Source of the DNA: Candidatus Eiseniibacteriota bacterium
Lineage (GTDB): Bacteria > Eisenbacteria > RBG-16-71-46 > SZUA-252
DNA length: 64,000 nt
Assembly: GCA_036274595.1 (NCBI GenBank)
Contig: DASUFL010000056.1
Location: forward strand, 28,030 to 92,029
Direction of reading: 5' to 3'
The number at the start of each line of letters is the position of its first letter. Position 1 is the stretch's first letter. Under the pieces are notes generated by a model. The model was not told the DNA's origin, did no database searches, and was given only the letters and a program-made list of their open reading frames with translations. Made by a program: the position numbers and the translations under genes. Positions 56,907 through 64,000 of this stretch are shown here, one piece after another.

Positions 56907-57495
56907 GGACAGCTCCCATCCGCTGGTCCCGCTCGTACGCCTCGCGAAGCGCCGCGCGGCCGCGGCTCATGTGGGTCTTCACCGTGTTCTCCGGCATGTC
57001 GAGCATCTGCGCGATCTCCGCGACCGGCCGGTCTTCATAGTAGAACAGCGTGAGCGCCGCGCGCTGCGCCGGCGGAAGCGTGGCCAGGAGCCGGTCCATC
57101 CGCCGCGCCAGGCTCGCGTCGGAGGTCGTGGCGGAAGGCTCCTCCTCGGGGTCCTCGACGGCGACCTCGCGCGCCCGGCGCGCTTTCAAGGTCGCCGCCC
57201 GGTCCAGCGCCAGCCGCACCAGAATGCGGTAGAGCCAGGTCATGAACGAGGCCTCGCCCCGGTACTCGCCGATGCCGCGCCACGCCCGGACGAACGCGTC
57301 CTGTGCGATCTCCTCGGCGTCGGACCGGGAGCGGACCATCCGGTATGCGAGCGCATAGGCGCGATCCTTGTAGCGCTCGACGAGCGCCCGGTAGGACCGC
57401 GCGTCGCCCGCTCGGCATCGCGCGATCCAGTCCGCTTCTTCGGGGGAGGTCTCCACCCCCGCCTTGGACGGGGCGGTCCCCGGCTCCGGTTTCAT
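56896..57495 (-). CDS. ECF-subfamily RNA polymerase sigma-70 factor
   Basis: Region 2 is YRALVERYKDRAYALAYRMVRSRSDAEEIAQDAFVRAWRG. Region 4 is LPPAQRAALTLFYYEDRPVAEIAQMLDMPENTVKTHMSRGRAALRE. ATG at 57495. Confidence 0.8.
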   Translation of the reverse strand: MKPEPGTAPSKAGVETSPEEADWIARCRAGDARSYRALVERYKDRAYALAYRMVRSRSDAEEIAQDAFVRAWRGIGEYRGEASFMTWLYRILVRLALDRAATLKARRAREVAVEDPEEEPSATTSDASLARRMDRLLATLPPAQRAALTLFYYEDRPVAEIAQMLDMPENTVKTHMSRGRAALREAYERDQRMGAVRGR

Positions 57496-57592
57496 GAAAC
57501 CCGCCAGGGGGGTCGCGCCCTCCAAGTCATCGAGCGCCGGAAGGGCGGCCCGCGGCCGCCCCGGCGGATCCTTCAACCCAAGGAGCGAAGCC

Positions 57593-58027
57593 ATGCGCGA
57601 CGTGTACCCTCTGATGTCCCTGATCATCCCGATCATCGCGGTGGCGGGCGGCATCACCCTGGCCATCGTACGAATCTTCACCCAGGCGCGCCTCGAGGAA
57701 CTCGCCCGCAAGGAGCGTATCGCGGCCATCGAGCGGGGTGTCGATCCGGAGAAGCTGCAACCCGTCCCCGCCTCGGACCATTACGGCTTGGGAAGCAGCC
57801 GGATCCGCCGCGCACACGGACTTCTCATCGGGGGACTCATCCTGCTGGCCATCGGCCTCGGTATGAGCGTGGTCTTCGCGTTCGTCGACCCGGAGAAGTC
57901 GAACTGGATCGCCGGCGTCGTGCCTGGGTTCGTGGGCATCGCACTTCTCATCTCGAGCCGCGTCGTGTGGCCGAAGGAAGGAGAGCGCGCCGGTGCGGCC
58001 GGCCGGCCGGGCGAAACCCGTTACTGA
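57593..58027 (+). CDS. Small integral membrane protein (hypothetical), divergent from the ECF sigma gene
   Basis: SD AGGAG lies 7 nt upstream of the ATG at 57593. Two hydrophobic helices (MSLIIPIIAVAGGITLAIV; GLLIGGLILLAIGLGMSVVFAF) flank a charged helix. Confidence 0.5.
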   Translation: MRDVYPLMSLIIPIIAVAGGITLAIVRIFTQARLEELARKERIAAIERGVDPEKLQPVPASDHYGLGSSRIRRAHGLLIGGLILLAIGLGMSVVFAFVDPEKSNWIAGVVPGFVGIALLISSRVVWPKEGERAGAAGRPGETRY

Positions 58028-58875
58028 ACCTCGGCGAGCCGCCGCCTCAAGTCGGCGCTGAGCGTGCCCTCGAAGACTTCCTCCACCGGGCCGGTCATGA
58101 TGATCGAGAGGTCTTGCGCGACCTCGACCTCCAGCTGGCCCCCCTCCATCACCACCGTCACGGCATTTCCGACCAAGCCGCGGTCGAAGCAGGCCGCGGC
58201 CACGGCGCACGCGCTCGTGCCCGACGCGAGCGTGTGCCCCGCGCCCCGCTCCCATACGAGCGCGCGCACGCGGCGGCGGGACTCGATCTCGGCGAGCTGG
58301 ACGTTGATGCGCGCGGGGAACTGCGCGTGGTTCTCGACCTGTGGCCCGAGCTCGAAGAGCTGCTTCCGCGTGTGGGGCTCCCCAAAGATCACGCAGTGGG
58401 GATTACCGACCGAGACGACGGTGACGTCGAGCTTCCGGCTCCGCACCGGCAGCGCCGTGACGGCGCGGTCGATCGAGGCCCGGCCCATCTCGAGCCGCAC
58501 CGCTTCCACGCGTCCCTCGGCCCGATAGACCTCGGTGCGCACCGGGCCCACGACGGTCTCGATGGAGAACACGGACTCGTCGGTGTAGCCGTGATCGCTC
58601 AGGAACTTCGCCACGATGCGGAGCCCGTTGCCGCTTCGCTCCGCGAGCGAGCCGTCGGGATTCCAGATGCGCACGGCGAAGCGGTCGTCGGCCGCCGTCA
58701 CCTCGAGGATGCCGTCGGAGCCGAGGCCCAGGTGGCGATGGCAGAGGAGGCGCACGCGCTCGGGTGTGAGGGTGATTCCGAGCCGCGCGGCGTCCATGAC
58801 GACGTAATCGTTGCCAAGGCCGTGCGACTTCACGAAATCGAGATCGAGCAAGTCATCCTCCCTGGCCGGAACCAT
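58021..58875 (-). CDS. dapF: Diaminopimelate epimerase
   Basis: The motifs are HGLGNDYVV, …SGNG… and …GNPHCVIF…, with two active-site Cys regions. The likely true start is TTG at 58851 (SD GGAGGA upstream, giving MLDLDFVKSHGLGNDY); the ATG at 58875 would overlap the upstream gene by 23 nt. Confidence 0.85.
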   Translation of the reverse strand: MVPAREDDLLDLDFVKSHGLGNDYVVMDAARLGITLTPERVRLLCHRHLGLGSDGILEVTAADDRFAVRIWNPDGSLAERSGNGLRIVAKFLSDHGYTDESVFSIETVVGPVRTEVYRAEGRVEAVRLEMGRASIDRAVTALPVRSRKLDVTVVSVGNPHCVIFGEPHTRKQLFELGPQVENHAQFPARINVQLAEIESRRRVRALVWERGAGHTLASGTSACAVAAACFDRGLVGNAVTVVMEGGQLEVEVAQDLSIIMTGPVEEVFEGTLSADLRRRLAEVQ

Positions 58876-59503
58876 TCTCGTCGAGCCCCGTGATGCCGAG
58901 CGCCTCTTCCACCACCGCGGAGCCCGCCCAGGGAGCGCAGAGCGTGATCGCCTCGCGGACGCCGGCGCGCTTGCCGCCGACGTTCACCGCGCCGATCGCG
59001 TGCGACCGGAGCTGCCGCCACGCTCCGGTGACGGTGAGGATCGCCACCACCGCGTACTCGCGCTCGACCGCGCCGAGGGCCGGACGAGAGAGCGTCTTGC
59101 CGTATCCCTCGAGCACCATCCACGACGCGAGGTCGGGCGAGAGCCCGCGCATCGTGGCGACCAGCTTCTCGTAGTTCGATCCGTAGACCCGCCGGCAGAG
59201 CTCCGTGCCTGCGCGCTCCCATTCCGCTGGATCGACCGGTGCCGCGGCCTTGGGAATGCCGCCCGCGCGCTCGAGCACGTCGCGCGCCGCGAAGAGCGCC
59301 TCGATCGCGCGCGGAAAGCCGACGAAGAGATAGGACTGGAGGATGGCTTCGTAGAGCGCGGCCGCCGGGACGCCTGACTCGAGCGCCAGCGCGGCCTCGC
59401 GGGCCACCGATTCGGAATCGGCCGCCGCGATCGCGGCCGACAGCGTGACGAGCCTGGCGACTCCTGAGTCGAGCGCTTGATCGGAGCCACGCGCGTCGCG
59501 CAT
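58853..59503 (-). CDS. Carboxymuconolactone-decarboxylase / AhpD-like family protein
   Basis: The all-helical 216-aa product (…AALYEAILQSYLFVGFPRAIEAL…) fits the CMD/AhpD-like fold. ATG at 59503. Confidence 0.6.
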   Translation of the reverse strand: MRDARGSDQALDSGVARLVTLSAAIAAADSESVAREAALALESGVPAAALYEAILQSYLFVGFPRAIEALFAARDVLERAGGIPKAAAPVDPAEWERAGTELCRRVYGSNYEKLVATMRGLSPDLASWMVLEGYGKTLSRPALGAVEREYAVVAILTVTGAWRQLRSHAIGAVNVGGKRAGVREAITLCAPWAGSAVVEEALGITGLDENGSGQGG

Positions 59504-59514
59504 CCTCGCAATCT

Positions 59515-60717
59515 ATGGGCCTGGGCGGGGCGTGTCAATCGATCGGGACCGCGCTCGCCGTCATCGCCGGCGCGACGTGGCTCGTCCTCGCCTGTCGCTT
59601 CGCGCTCGGTGGCCGCCGGCTCGCCAGCCTGGGGCGCGTCGAGCCTCTGCCGGACGCCCAGCTCCCCTCGCTCACGGTGATCGTCGCTGCCAAGGACGAG
59701 GAGCGGCGCGTGGAGCAGGCGGCGCGCTCGCTCCTCGCGCAGGACTATCCCGGGCTCAGGGTGTCGGTCGTCGACGACCGCTCGACCGACGCCACGCCCC
59801 AGATCCTCGGCCGTCTCGCGGTGGAGGATCCGCGCCTCACGGTGACGCGGATCGACGAGCTCCCGGGCGGATGGACGGGGAAGTCGCACGCGCTCGCCGC
59901 GGCCGCCGCGCGGGCCACGACGGAGTGGCTCCTCTTCACCGACGGCGACGTGGATCTCGCGCCCCACGCCTGCCGCCGTGCGGTCTCGCTCGCGGCGCGC
60001 GATGGAAGGGATCACCTCGCCGTCGGCCCGGATCTCGAAGTCGAGACCCTCGGCGAGGCGATCTTCATCGCGTACTTCGTGATCATGTTCCACGTGAGCC
60101 AGGAGCCCTGGAAGGCGCAGGACCCGCGGTCCCGGGGATCGATCGGGATCGGCGCCTTCAACCTCGTCCGCAGGGACGTCTACGAGCGCGCGGGCGGGCA
60201 TGCGGCCATCCGCTTCGAGCTGATCGACGATCTCGCGCTGGGACGGCTCCTCAAGCGAAGCGGCGCGCGCCAGGCGTTCGCGCTCCCGGCGGGGCTCGTC
60301 GGCGTGCGTTGGCACATCGGCGTGCGCGGCCTCGTCCGGGGAGTCGAGAAGAACGCGTTTGCCGCCGTCGGCTATCGTACCGTTCCCGCGATCCTCGCCG
60401 TCGTCGCGCAGCTCACGATCGCGGTCCTGCCGGTGTTCGGCCTCTTTCTCCCCGGGTGGATCCCCAAGGTCGGCGCGATCGCCGCATGGGCGGGCGCGGC
60501 TCTCGCCTACTTCGTCGCGTCACGGAGCGTCCGAGTGCGGCCGTGGCAGGTCGTGTTCATGCCGGTGGGCGGGATCCTCTTTTCCTACGCGTTCCTTCGG
60601 TCGACGCTCCTGACGCTCGCCCGAGGCGGGGTCGTCTGGCGGGGGACATTCTACTCGCTGCGTGACCTCAGGCAGCGTCAGGACAGGCAGGTCTCACCCG
60701 CAAGGACAGGCGACTGA
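59515..60717 (+). CDS. Family-2 glycosyltransferase with C-terminal TM segments
   Basis: PSLTVIVAAKDEE…VSVVDDRSTD…TDGDVDL fits the GT-A DxD pattern. TM helices at both ends. ATG at 59515, only 11 nt from the divergent AhpD-like start. Confidence 0.8.
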   Translation: MGLGGACQSIGTALAVIAGATWLVLACRFALGGRRLASLGRVEPLPDAQLPSLTVIVAAKDEERRVEQAARSLLAQDYPGLRVSVVDDRSTDATPQILGRLAVEDPRLTVTRIDELPGGWTGKSHALAAAAARATTEWLLFTDGDVDLAPHACRRAVSLAARDGRDHLAVGPDLEVETLGEAIFIAYFVIMFHVSQEPWKAQDPRSRGSIGIGAFNLVRRDVYERAGGHAAIRFELIDDLALGRLLKRSGARQAFALPAGLVGVRWHIGVRGLVRGVEKNAFAAVGYRTVPAILAVVAQLTIAVLPVFGLFLPGWIPKVGAIAAWAGAALAYFVASRSVRVRPWQVVFMPVGGILFSYAFLRSTLLTLARGGVVWRGTFYSLRDLRQRQDRQVSPARTGD

Positions 60718-60726
60718 ACCCTTGGA

Positions 60727-60763
60727 CAATAAAAGACCCCCGGGAGCGTGGGGCTCCCGGGGG
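60727..60763. terminator. Strong hairpin CCCCCGGGAGC-GTGGG-GCTCCCGGGGG with flanking A-tract (bidirectional; on the minus strand it is followed by TCTTTTATTG)
   Basis: A perfect 11-bp stem. It lies 20 nt after the GT2 stop on the plus strand and about 100 nt downstream of the small minus-strand peptide ORF. Confidence 0.6.
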
Positions 60764-60832
60764 GTGTCGTCGCGTATCACGTGGGGGGTCAGGGCATTTC
60801 GATACGCGACGCAAGTGCGTCATCAGCGCCTG

Positions 60833-60857
60833 CCGGGCTTCCTGGCCCGGTTTCGCT
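60833..60857 (+). terminator. Hairpin CCGGGC-TTCCTG-GCCCGG followed by TTTCGCTGCTT
   Basis: A 6-bp stem plus a T-rich tail on the plus strand. It is a possible plus-strand terminator downstream of the GT2 gene. Confidence 0.35.
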
Positions 60858-60862
60858 GCTTG

Positions 60863-60931
60863 CTACGCGATCAGCATCGGCAGCAGCGCGATGAAGAGGC
60901 TCGCCGCCACCAAACCCAGCTTTTTCATCAT
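60863..60931 (-). CDS. Candidate 22-aa hydrophobic peptide MMKKLGLVAASLFIALLPMLIA
   Basis: ATGATG follows an SD-like GAGG 11 nt upstream. The ORF sits in a lower-GC non-coding island with its own downstream hairpin terminator. The call is speculative. Confidence 0.3.
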   Translation of the reverse strand: MMKKLGLVAASLFIALLPMLIA

Positions 60932-61154
60932 CTCAAGAAACCTCAGGCTACCGTTGTCTAACGGCCGCCCCCCTGTCGCGTGAATCTCCGCATACCGTGT
61001 GCCATGGATGTCACCCCTGTCAGATTTACCTTCAACGCGATGCAACAGTTCGGTTAATGGCATCGGTAATTATTGAACCACAAGGGATTGTCGGCGGATT
61101 CGCGATCGCGAAGGTACAGGATCGTACGATCGAGTACGTTGCGGAGCGTCGAAC

Positions 61155-62306
61155 CTATTTCGTTTCGACACCTCGAGCGAAGAGCTCCGACAGCTCGTCG
61201 ACAACGGATCGATACGCTTCGACACCCGGAGCGCGGACACGCGCGCCGGCTGGAAGCGGTACGGTCCACTCAGCCAGCGGGGTGCCGAGCGCGTGCGTGA
61301 ACAATCCAGACGGCGTGACCCACGGCGCCGACGGCCAGATCTCGGCCCCCTCGGATCGGGCCTTCGCCGTGTGGATCAGAGCCTGCACCGACGGGTGATA
61401 GAGATTGAGCCGATCCCATCGGAAGCCCTCGGCCCGCTCCACCTTCGAGTCGGGCGCCAAGGCGCGAGCGCGCTCCAGGAGGGCGGCCGGATCCATGTCC
61501 TCGGCCCCCTCGATCGTGACCCAGGCCCTGGGGCGATCCGGGTGGGCCACCGGCGGCTTGGCGACGCGCCCGATCGGCGCGAACAGAGCGTTCCGGAGCC
61601 GATCCTCGCCGTCGCCAAGGAGCGGCTCGGCCACCGTTTCCTCCAGGAAGTCGAGCGCGTCCGGCTGCCCCGCGAGCTTTCGGAGGAGCTCGAAGTCGAG
61701 CGGTCTCGGCCCGTACGCGGCGTCGGCCAGCTCCGCCACGAGGCTGTCGCGAAGCCTGTAGGGATTCGACTCGCCGCCCCAGAGACCGAGCACGACCAGC
61801 CCTCGCGCGCCGAGGAAGACGCGTCGCCGCCGCAACGTTTGGGATCCGACGCGGGGCCAGAACGCCGCCTTGGCCTGGAGCGAGGGACGGTGGTCGCCGA
61901 GCACCGCCTCGAGCACGAGCGACCCATGGCCCGCCCCCGGCGGCACCACCAGGGCGGGCAGTCCCGGCAGCGCGCCAGATCCGATCGCCGCCGCGAGCGC
62001 GCCGACCGAGGCCGCGAGCGCGAGCCGTTCCCCCCCTTCCGCCGCCGCGGGTGCCACGGGGTGGGCTTCCGCGCTCCAGGAACCGAAGACTGTGAGACTG
62101 GGCGCGGCGGCGGCGGGTGGAAGGAGCAGGAAGGTCGGGACAGGTGACGTGGTTTCAATCAGTTCGAGCCCGAGAGCCGTGGCCGACCGACCGAGCGCTC
62201 GGCGTGCGGCGCCGACGGTGTGCTGCGGCAATGTCTCGCGGCCGAGCTCGATAAGCTCTTGGAAGTACGTCAGATGATCGTCGATTTGTCCCCGGCTGAG
62301 GGGCAT
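61155..62306 (-). CDS. Hypothetical protein (383 aa), family not recognised
   Basis: ATG at 62306 is preceded by SD GGGAGG 4 nt upstream. The upstream extension of the ORF to 62447 lacks an SD. Confidence 0.5.
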   Translation of the reverse strand: MPLSRGQIDDHLTYFQELIELGRETLPQHTVGAARRALGRSATALGLELIETTSPVPTFLLLPPAAAAPSLTVFGSWSAEAHPVAPAAAEGGERLALAASVGALAAAIGSGALPGLPALVVPPGAGHGSLVLEAVLGDHRPSLQAKAAFWPRVGSQTLRRRRVFLGARGLVVLGLWGGESNPYRLRDSLVAELADAAYGPRPLDFELLRKLAGQPDALDFLEETVAEPLLGDGEDRLRNALFAPIGRVAKPPVAHPDRPRAWVTIEGAEDMDPAALLERARALAPDSKVERAEGFRWDRLNLYHPSVQALIHTAKARSEGAEIWPSAPWVTPSGLFTHALGTPLAEWTVPLPAGARVRAPGVEAYRSVVDELSELFARGVETK

Positions 62307-62395
62307 GACGCCTCCCAATCGCTTCCGGTCAAGAACGAGCCGCACCCAAAGGGCAGGATAGCGCATCCATTCCCTTGAAATGACGTGATTTGTGC

Positions 62396-62424
62396 TTGAC
62401 ACCCCCTTGGGCCCGGTGGACGAT
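62396..62424 (+). promoter_or_regulatory. Candidate promoter TTGACA-17-GACGAT upstream of the zinc-ribbon gene
   Basis: A consensus -35 TTGACA lies at 62396-62401. The -10 is weak. Confidence 0.3.
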
Positions 62425-62491
62425 CGGCCCATGGGGGCGAGGTGCACCCACCGCGCCTCGCCGGGGATTTCGTGTGGAGGGGGAGAACCGT

Positions 62492-62683
62492 ATGGAAGCC
62501 AAGTTTCCTGAATGCCGAAAGTGTTCTGCGGGAGTCTTGATACCGCTTTCGGACTACGGCAGGGACGGCGCCCCGATCACCTACAAAGCCTGGGTTTGCA
62601 CCAACCCCACCTGCGGCTACAACGTCCGCATCGACAACGGTGAGATCAGTCTGGGCCGCGCCATCGGTCCGTCGAGCAAGTAG
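62492..62683 (+). CDS. Small zinc-ribbon protein (63 aa)
   Basis: SD GGAGGGGGAG lies 5 nt before the ATG at 62492. CRKC…(21)…CTNPTC gives a CxxC / CxxxxC pair. Confidence 0.5.
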   Translation: MEAKFPECRKCSAGVLIPLSDYGRDGAPITYKAWVCTNPTCGYNVRIDNGEISLGRAIGPSSK

Positions 62684-62757
62684 CTTCGCTCGCAGCCTCT
62701 GACGCGACCCGCCCCGCGTATGCTTCCGCGGGCGGACCTTGGCCCATCGGAACGATC

Positions 62758-63477
62758 GTGATCCGAGCCATCATCTTCGACCTCGACAACACGCTGACCG
62801 ACTTCATGAAGATGAAGCGGGCCGCGATCGACGCCGCCGTCGACGGGATGCGCGACGCCGGCCTCGCGCTCCCGCGCGACGAGGTCGCCTCGCGCATCTA
62901 TCAGGTCTACGACCGCGAGGGGATCGAGTACCAGCAGGTCTTCGACATCTTCCTGAAGGAGGCCCTGGGCCAGGTCGACTACAAGATCCTGAGCTCGGGC
63001 ATCGTGGCCTACCGGCGGGCCCGCGACTCCTATCTCGTCCTCTATCCCCACGTGAACCTGACCCTGCTCGAGCTCCTGAAGCGGGGGCTCAAGCTCGCCG
63101 TGGTCTCCGACGCTCCCAGGCTCCAGGCCTGGATGCGGCTCGCCCACCTCCAGCTCCATCACCTCTTCGACCACGTGGTCGCCTTCGAGGACACGGGCGA
63201 GAGGAAGCCGAGCCCGAAGCCCTTCCAGCGCGCGATCGAGATGCTGGGGATCGCCCCGCAGGAGGCCATCATGGTCGGCGACTGGCCGGAGCGGGACGTG
63301 GTCGGGGCCGCCCAGGTCGGTCTTCGCACGGCCTTTGCGCGCTACGGGGACACATTCGGCACGGCGAACTCCGGCGCCGATTTCGAGCTGAACGACGTCT
63401 ACGAGCTCGTCTCGATCGTCGATGAGCTGAACGGAACGCTCCTGTCGGCCGTCGACGGGCTGAACGGCAAGGACTGA
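62758..63477 (+). CDS. HAD-superfamily hydrolase (phosphatase/phosphoglycolate-phosphatase-like)
   Basis: Motif I is IIFDLDNTLTD. Motif II is …VVSDAP…. Motifs III and IV are K…MVGDWPERDV. GTG start at 62758. Confidence 0.8.
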   Translation: MIRAIIFDLDNTLTDFMKMKRAAIDAAVDGMRDAGLALPRDEVASRIYQVYDREGIEYQQVFDIFLKEALGQVDYKILSSGIVAYRRARDSYLVLYPHVNLTLLELLKRGLKLAVVSDAPRLQAWMRLAHLQLHHLFDHVVAFEDTGERKPSPKPFQRAIEMLGIAPQEAIMVGDWPERDVVGAAQVGLRTAFARYGDTFGTANSGADFELNDVYELVSIVDELNGTLLSAVDGLNGKD

Positions 63478-63484
63478 CCCCCGC

Positions 63485-63844
63485 GTGGCCTCGGTCGGCG
63501 TCGACATCGTCGAGGTGAGGCGCATCGCGGAAGCCATCCTCCGCTGGGGGGACAAGTTCGTGGAGCGCATCTACACCCCCGGCGAGATCGACTACTGCTT
63601 GAGGCGCGCCCGCCAGGCCGAGTCCTTCGCCGTCCGATTCGCCGCCAAGGAAGCGTTCGCCAAGGCGCTCAAGGTGGGGAAGGCCTCCATCTGGCGCGAG
63701 GTCGAGGTGGTCCGGAGTGAAGGACCCCGTCCCGCGTTCCAGCTCCATGGCACTGCCCGCTCGCTCGTGGGACACCGCAAGGTCGACCTCTCCCTCTCCC
63801 ACGCGCAGGCCTACGCGGTCGCGGTCGTGCTCGTCGAGGACTAG
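63485..63844 (+). CDS. acpS: Holo-[acyl-carrier-protein] synthase (4'-phosphopantetheinyl transferase)
   Basis: VGVDIVEVRRI…RFAAKEAFAKAL… at 119 aa fits the AcpS pattern. GTG start at 63485. Confidence 0.85.
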   Translation: MASVGVDIVEVRRIAEAILRWGDKFVERIYTPGEIDYCLRRARQAESFAVRFAAKEAFAKALKVGKASIWREVEVVRSEGPRPAFQLHGTARSLVGHRKVDLSLSHAQAYAVAVVLVED

Positions 63845-63845
63845 C

Positions 63846-64000
63846 GTGCACCTGCCTCCGGCCAGGTCGCGGGTCGTCACGGCCGACGAGATGATCGCGA
63901 TCGACCGCGCCGCGATCGCGCGCGGAGTTCCCTCGCTCACGCTCATGGAGCGGGCCGGGAAGGAGGCCTCGCGGCGCATCGTCGCCTGGTGGCGCTCCGC
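63846..64000 (+). CDS. nnr: NAD(P)H-hydrate epimerase/dehydratase N-terminal (YjeF-N) domain, 5' partial, truncated by the window edge
   Basis: VTADEMIAIDRAAIARGVPSLTLMERAGKEA matches the YjeF-N start. GTG lies 1 nt after the acpS stop. Confidence 0.6.
   Translation, partial: MHLPPARSRVVTADEMIAIDRAAIARGVPSLTLMERAGKEASRRIVAWWRS

Noticed and set aside
60997-61398. 133-aa plus-strand and 71-aa minus-strand ORFs inside the low-GC island
   Set aside because: No SD, no recognisable motifs, overlap with the 3' end of the hypothetical gene. More likely non-coding sequence; the only peptide-like candidate kept is the 22-aa ORF, which has an RBS.
1-64000. CRISPR arrays, tRNA/rRNA genes, IS elements or integrases
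   Set aside because: No direct-repeat/spacer periodicity, no tRNA-like acceptor/T-arm sequences (the GGCTCGAATCAGG near 37135 lacks the rest of a tRNA), no transposase or integrase motifs and no flanking inverted repeats were seen. The window looks like core chromosome.

Overview
This is a 64-kb chromosomal fragment of very high GC content (about 70%), almost entirely coding, with roughly 46 plausible CDS. High-GC antisense shadow ORFs produce many spurious long ORFs in the six-frame track; I selected frames by recognisable protein families and checked start codons on the nucleotide sequence. Several genes begin with GTG or TTG, and several neighbours overlap by ATGA, GTGA or TTGA.

Recognisable content:
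- Signal-peptide TPR protein and a secreted class-I glutamine-amidotransferase-like protein.
- Three-domain multicopper oxidase with a T9SS-type C-terminal sorting domain.
- SDR epimerase/dehydratase and a CaCA-type Ca2+/H+ antiporter.
- Omp85-like outer-membrane protein followed by a YfcE-type metallophosphoesterase.
- Two paralogous Ser/Thr kinases with a TolB-N-like middle domain and TPR tail, plus a third, membrane-anchored kinase.
- A stand-alone prepilin-like gene.
- A six-gene complex-I / group-4-hydrogenase-like membrane module whose catalytic subunits have lost most NiFe and N2-cluster cysteines (Ehr-like).
- CBM9/DUF5916-like outer-membrane protein, Rieske non-heme-iron oxygenase, FadE acyl-CoA dehydrogenase, and a fused MFS-like/spermidine-synthase-like membrane protein.
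- A large unknown T9SS cargo protein and two tandem small outer-membrane beta-barrel paralogs.
- The sucA-sucB-lpd 2-oxoglutarate dehydrogenase operon, divergent from an NAD-dependent aldehyde/succinate-semialdehyde dehydrogenase.
- ClC channel with a MarR regulator, and an ABC-F ATPase.
- An ECF sigma/anti-sigma pair followed by a three-gene envelope operon (transporter-HEAT fusion plus two GT-C-like membrane proteins).
- dapF, an AhpD-like protein, a GT2 glycosyltransferase, a HAD hydrolase, acpS and the start of nnr.

No rRNA, tRNA, CRISPR array or obvious mobile element was seen. The taxonomic guess is an FCB-group or Gemmatimonadota-like organism, inferred from T9SS sorting domains in a high-GC genome. 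All functional calls come from motif and family recognition by eye, not from searches.
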